A stretch of 63,600 nt of DNA, filler included, from Licmophora abbreviata (taxonomy: Eukaryota), in the NCBI GenBank assembly GCA_900291995.1. It is 9 parts of 9 records of this genome, joined end to end, with 100 filler letters (N's around TTAATTAATTAA, not from the genome) between each part and the next. Parts side by side here need not be neighbours in the genome. Positions count along the whole stretch, not along the records: positions 53,822 to 63,600 come from OLMU01003962.1; 8 more parts are not named here. The stretch is one strand, 5' to 3'. Positions within the stretch are counted from its first letter, which is position 1. Each line of letters begins with the position of its first letter. The notes beneath the pieces are model-generated. The model searched no databases and was not told the origin of the DNA. It saw only the letters and a list, made by a program, of their open reading frames with translations. The translations under genes and the position numbers were made by a program. Below, piece by piece: positions 59,235 through 63,600 of the stretch.

Positions 59235-59861
59235 CTACACGGCGTCATCGCCTGACACCGATATGGATTCGTCCTCAGCCACCACACCATCTTCGCTTCT
59301 CGCGTCAACCTCATTCGATTCTTGAGAAGTTTCTTCCTGTACCTGCTCCTTTTCCTTCCTCAAGTGTCTAGCATACTTTGCTAGCACGTGCTGGTAAGCT
59401 CCTGCGACAGCACTGAACATGAGCCAATACCCAGCCCAACTGATGGCCACAAAGTTCTTCATTTGCTCGTTTGACAGGTACATAGCCACGACCGCATAGA
59501 TCCCTAATATCACATGCCCAACAAAGTAGACTCTCCCAGACCAGACGGGAACTTGGATCGTCGCTTGACCAATCGAACATACGTCCAGAAATAAGTACAG
59601 ACAAAGATGCCATCCACACAGGGCAACTAGTGTCGCCGCCACTGCGACAACCCAATCGATAGAACTTGTATCATGATTGTAAACGATCGATTTGTCCCAG
59701 TAGATCGCAGTTGCTATACTAAACACCAGTACAGACGGGCAATTCCATGCGCCGAGGACAAACAGTTGTTCTGTCAACGGGATGTCTTCTCCCGAAAGCA
59801 GACGAAACAAAAATTGAACAAAGTACGAGACACATCCAGTATTGGACGACGACGATGGCAT
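59235..59861 (-). CDS. Hypothetical 4-TM membrane protein with acidic tail
   Basis: 208-aa ORF with four hydrophobic segments. Confidence 0.65.
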   Translation of the reverse strand: MPSSSSNTGCVSYFVQFLFRLLSGEDIPLTEQLFVLGAWNCPSVLVFSIATAIYWDKSIVYNHDTSSIDWVVAVAATLVALCGWHLCLYLFLDVCSIGQATIQVPVWSGRVYFVGHVILGIYAVVAMYLSNEQMKNFVAISWAGYWLMFSAVAGAYQHVLAKYARHLRKEKEQVQEETSQESNEVDARSEDGVVAEDESISVSGDDAV

Positions 59862-60559
59862 GGCAATGAGGGAGTACAGAAGTGAGTGACAGAGGGCTGT
59901 AATTCACGTTCTCATGGACGACAACAACGATAACGACACATGATGTAACGCGATGATGAGACCTTCGAGAATCACGCAAGAAGCGTGAACCCAGCGGGCA
60001 GTTTGGAAAATGAGACGGTCGCTTTTGTCATTCCGTAGAGCATGTACTGATGTGCACGGATCATAAGCGAGATGTAGTCTCAACCTCCGGGTCTCCCCAT
60101 AAATGTTGCAATGATGGCGTCATGATGACGATCGCAGAAGCTCATATCCCGAAAGTGTCAGGATCTTTTCTACGTAGAGTCAATACGGCGTCCTACACGC
60201 ACGACTACATCGTTACGGCGGCGAGTATTCCGAAGCCAAGTCGGAGGCAAAGCACAAAATCAGCGGCGTTGACGAAAAAAGGAGTCGGCCACACAGAATT
60301 GACGCGAGGCAGGGCAATTTCAAATTGTCGCTCTCTCGTGTCGGGGGACAAGTTTGTGCACTCCAGAGGGATCGAAAGCTGCCGCTGCGTGTGGTGGGAC
60401 CATCCTTGTGCCGGTAGAGTGATTCGCAAGGCCGTATCTGTGTCCAGTTTTGAGGGGAAGTCCGTGGCGTATGGATACGCACCTTGAAAGGTATCTTTCG
60501 CTGTAAAAGCTACCATATCTGTCACTGGAGACTGGGATTGATTGTTGTGCTTCGTTGCC

Positions 60560-61534
60560 ATGAGCCGCCAGTACCAGTCGAACCATCCGCACTTTAACCC
60601 GCCCATTGTTGTGCATGATCACGACGTCTTGAACGGTCGAGGAGTCAACATTGCTCACCACCCTGGCAACGAGCGATTCCGTTCCTTAGTCACGACGAGG
60701 CTAGACGACAAGTACTGCATGGACTACTCGGCTTCTGAAAAGAAGGCTGTCGCGGAAGAAATTGTAAAGCACATTCAGGCGCTGGACCCACCAGGTCGCT
60801 TTCTCCGAAGAGATGGACGCGGGCCGTCGTCGCGGGGGCTGAGCGGGCCCTGGACGGAGCTAACTCCTTCGCAAGCCGTCAAGAAGACGTGTCAGGCACT
60901 ACGAGACTGCAATCGTCCCGATCGACAAGGATATGCTGCTGGTGTGGCCATGCCGGAAGATGTCGTCGAGGAGGCTGAGCGACTCGAAAGCTCTGGGATG
61001 ACGCGGAAGCAAGCCGCAGCTACCGTGGCTGCCAGCAAGCCCGACTCATCGTATACGGCACCTCCGGCGTACGGCTATGTCACGCCGCAAGCTGCTGCGG
61101 CGGCAGCCGCTGCTGTTAGTGTTTCACTCAAGCGAGAGCGAGAGGAAGCCTTTGACACTCATACTGCCACCGCACTGGTCGAAGATGATGGCCGCGTCTC
61201 GCCAAGCATCGAGGATGCAGCTGTCGAATGGCTGAAGAGGCAGCGTACGGACGAGGCGACGGCAACAGCCGCTACTGTACCTGACCTCCATGGCTATCCG
61301 ACTTCGGTTGCACCACACCACCATCTCCACCATCATCACATTGACCCAGTGGATGCTCAAGTGATGGAAGCTGACACTGCAGCAGCAGTTTTCAGCCAAG
61401 CCACCGACTTGCTATCTGCTGAGGACCCAATAAGGGATGAAGACCACGACGACGTCGATGCTGCGATTAGCTATCAAACGCACATGGCGCTCAACGCTGG
61501 AGACGTGCACCAGGGAGGGCCCAACATGCTTTGA
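60560..61534 (+). CDS. DUF6824-type diatom protein
   Basis: DVLNGRG..HPGNERFR..IV..I....PPGRFL..W.EL....A..KTCQALRD. Confidence 0.8.
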   Translation: MSRQYQSNHPHFNPPIVVHDHDVLNGRGVNIAHHPGNERFRSLVTTRLDDKYCMDYSASEKKAVAEEIVKHIQALDPPGRFLRRDGRGPSSRGLSGPWTELTPSQAVKKTCQALRDCNRPDRQGYAAGVAMPEDVVEEAERLESSGMTRKQAAATVAASKPDSSYTAPPAYGYVTPQAAAAAAAAVSVSLKREREEAFDTHTATALVEDDGRVSPSIEDAAVEWLKRQRTDEATATAATVPDLHGYPTSVAPHHHLHHHHIDPVDAQVMEADTAAAVFSQATDLLSAEDPIRDEDHDDVDAAISYQTHMALNAGDVHQGGPNML

Positions 61535-61828
61535 TGGGAAAAGCACTGTTGAGCTCGGGGCTTTTTTTGAACTAGAGGGATATAGAGCAGATGCGGATCT
61601 TGTATCAATCTGCCAATAGAACGAATGATGATCGAGGGACATTTACTAACGCTAGCAAGTTCTACTCATCAAGACTCTTTAAGTGTAGACTATACACTAG
61701 GACAGCTACGATCTACAGAGTCGCAATGGCGTAATGGTGCAGTAGAAAGTGACGATTGTCTCCACAGCAAGCGAGTCGAGTCGTAAACGATGTTAACGAC
61801 ACTACCCATGACAGTTCCACTTTTTCAC

Positions 61829-62209
61829 TCAGTGCTGCGACTCGTTGATCTTTCCAAGGATAATCAGTGTGAGAAACATGTAGAGAAAGATGCTATTAGG
61901 GTTCTTCCACGGTGTCATGAAGAGAACGAACAGCTCGAGTGGGTCTGTGATTTTGATCTTTTCTTTAGGAGGGGCGTTCTTCTTCTTTGCCATCAGCAGA
62001 GCGGTTGTCGTACTAGTAGCAATATAATTCAGTGATGGTTGCACAATAGAGAGCGTATGAGCGAGAGGACTGGGCGTATCGTTCGGAAGGGCACATCGCG
62101 TGGGAGCAGCAGATCGCAACACGAAAGCGCTACTGGGACGTAAAGCCAGAAGCAGGATTATCGAAATAAGAAGGCGCAGGCAGAACATTCTAGAGGAGGC
62201 AGGATACAT
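61829..62209 (-). CDS. Small plastid-targeted membrane protein
   Basis: Signal peptide plus SSA-FV, a transit-like region, and a short C-terminal TM domain (MTPWKNPNSIF). Confidence 0.7.
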   Translation of the reverse strand: MYPASSRMFCLRLLISIILLLALRPSSAFVLRSAAPTRCALPNDTPSPLAHTLSIVQPSLNYIATSTTTALLMAKKKNAPPKEKIKITDPLELFVLFMTPWKNPNSIFLYMFLTLIILGKINESQH

Positions 62210-62473
62210 GACACGGGCATGCGATTCGTCTCCTATCTTATGCGTTCCGATCAACGGCCCGTATCTTCTTGCGACAGCGATATAACTCGATTGCAGAAGA
62301 GTTGGGTGAAAAGTGACAAGACATGCGTGGTGCATTTCCGTCCTCCGTCATCGTACCGGTATCACCCGACGACGCGAGATTGTGAACCGCGCGCGAAGCT
62401 GTTTGTTATTGAGCTTCAACTCTGAGAAGACTGATATTTTCAAAAGAGATGCCATCTTTCCGTTCAACGGACC

Positions 62474-62490
62474 GACTCATTCGACTCGAC
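62474..62490. promoter_or_regulatory. GACTCATTCGACTCGAC element in divergent promoter
   Basis: Same 14-mer as 42736. Confidence 0.45.
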
Positions 62491-62633
62491 TAGGTCACTC
62501 TTCTTTCGAATTTTTGAGATTTTGACAGACACCTCGTATTCCGTAAACATTACCATTATGATTTTACAAGACTCGTCACCTGTCGACGAAGACTTCTGGC
62601 GTAAAAGCAATCACATTTCATGATTGCCGAAAG

Positions 62634-63050
62634 ATGTTGAAGATAAAAATCTCCTCGTTTAGAGCGGGCATTATCGCCGCTTTCCTGCTGTTGAATGTCT
62701 GTTCGCCGGTGTTGAGCCAACCTACTTCGGCTCCTTTCCCACCGCCCGCTGCTTCCAGCTCGCCCTCCGCTCCGCCGATTTCCCCCATCTCTCCCGTTCC
62801 TACCCCAGTCGACTCGTCGACTCCTGTCCCAGTTGCATCACCGACTCCTGTTCCTGTCGAATTGCCGACTCCCGTCCCTGTTGAACCACCGACTGGTAGC
62901 ACTCCAACATTTTCTCCTGTTGAAATGGCGAGAACTAGTGCTCCTGCCGCCCCTGGCGCCGATTTTGGAAGAGGAGATCGAACGAGGGGTGGAGGAGGAC
63001 GTGGAGGGGCTGGTGGTGCACGCTCACGCGCAGGGGATGGCTTTCGCTGA
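62634..63050 (+). CDS. Secreted Pro/Ser/Thr-rich protein with Arg/Gly-rich tail
   Basis: Signal peptide (..VLS-Q), xPTPVPV repeats and RGDRTRGGGGRGG. Confidence 0.65.
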   Translation: MLKIKISSFRAGIIAAFLLLNVCSPVLSQPTSAPFPPPAASSSPSAPPISPISPVPTPVDSSTPVPVASPTPVPVELPTPVPVEPPTGSTPTFSPVEMARTSAPAAPGADFGRGDRTRGGGGRGGAGGARSRAGDGFR

Positions 63051-63600
63051 TATGGGGGGAGCAAGACAAGGTCGACAGGATAGTGCTGTTGCAAGTTGGC
63101 GATTGGGCTGAACCAGCGTGGGAAGCACAGCCCATACGCAGTGACTTCTTTAGTAGGTTAATACATTATTGCATGAAGTGTACGTATGTTGAGATAACGA
63201 ACAAATTGTAGTTCCATAGCTGAGTGGTAACAATACCTTGCAATTCTGACTGGCGTATCGCATCGTTCGGAAAGAAAGTACTTCAAGTATTTCATTAACT
63301 CATTACATAGCTTTCTTTGCTGAGTAGAGCTCTCTCTCAAGCTGTCACCGTTCGTAGCCTTTGCAGAGACGAAGACTTTTACATTTTTCCTTGCGAGGGT
63401 TCCAAGGTTCCCATCAAGTTGCTTTCTACTTGCAAAGTCGTATATCATACCAGACTTCATCCGTTGACAATATTTTTCAAAGAACAAAAGCACCGATGCG
63501 TCTGCTGTCGTGTGCGCTCGCGACCATCAGAATATCATGACAGATTGGCGATGTCTGAGTTCAATGCCGCTGGACATTTTACGGATGACGACACGCACGA

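Noticed and set aside
63158..63493. 111-aa minus-strand ORF at the window end
   Set aside because: Non-ATG start, AT-rich and no recognisable motif.

Overview
Gene-dense eukaryotic genomic DNA with short GT-AG introns, almost certainly from a diatom. Support: Psb31, bipartite 'ASAF' plastid-targeting presequences, and two DUF6824-type proteins. The window is a draft scaffold with eight artificial 100-nt gap spacers (N44-TTAATTAATTAA-N44); some genes read through them. Several single-base frameshifts look like sequencing errors. About 29 protein-coding genes are visible, including an SGNH hydrolase, zeta-COP, a gelsolin-family protein, CtpA, LeuB, an LRR protein, ASH2L, Psb31, a PDR-type ABCG, a J-like protein, GST, a GDH-like protein, a TPT, a PHD/chromodomain protein, PEX13-like, a USP, a patatin lipase and a Vps39/Vps3-like protein. 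I could not support any rRNA, tRNA, transposon or CRISPR array. The most notable observations are: (1) a head-to-head pair of paralogous secretory-pathway proteins that fuse a catalytically degenerate UDP-glucuronate-epimerase-like SDR domain to a shared C-terminal domain resembling DUF616/TOD1-MUCI70, with one copy carrying an RRL-preceded, silacidin-like acidic insert; (2) a mitochondrion-targeted NADP-GDH homolog that has lost all four catalytic/substrate-binding residues; (3) a Vps39/Vps3-like tethering subunit ending in a gamma-COP-appendage-like domain; (4) an HPD-less J-protein with NPF/DPF motifs; (5) a recurrent GACTCA(C/T)TCGACTC element in divergent promoters. All family assignments come from motif recognition by eye, not database searches.
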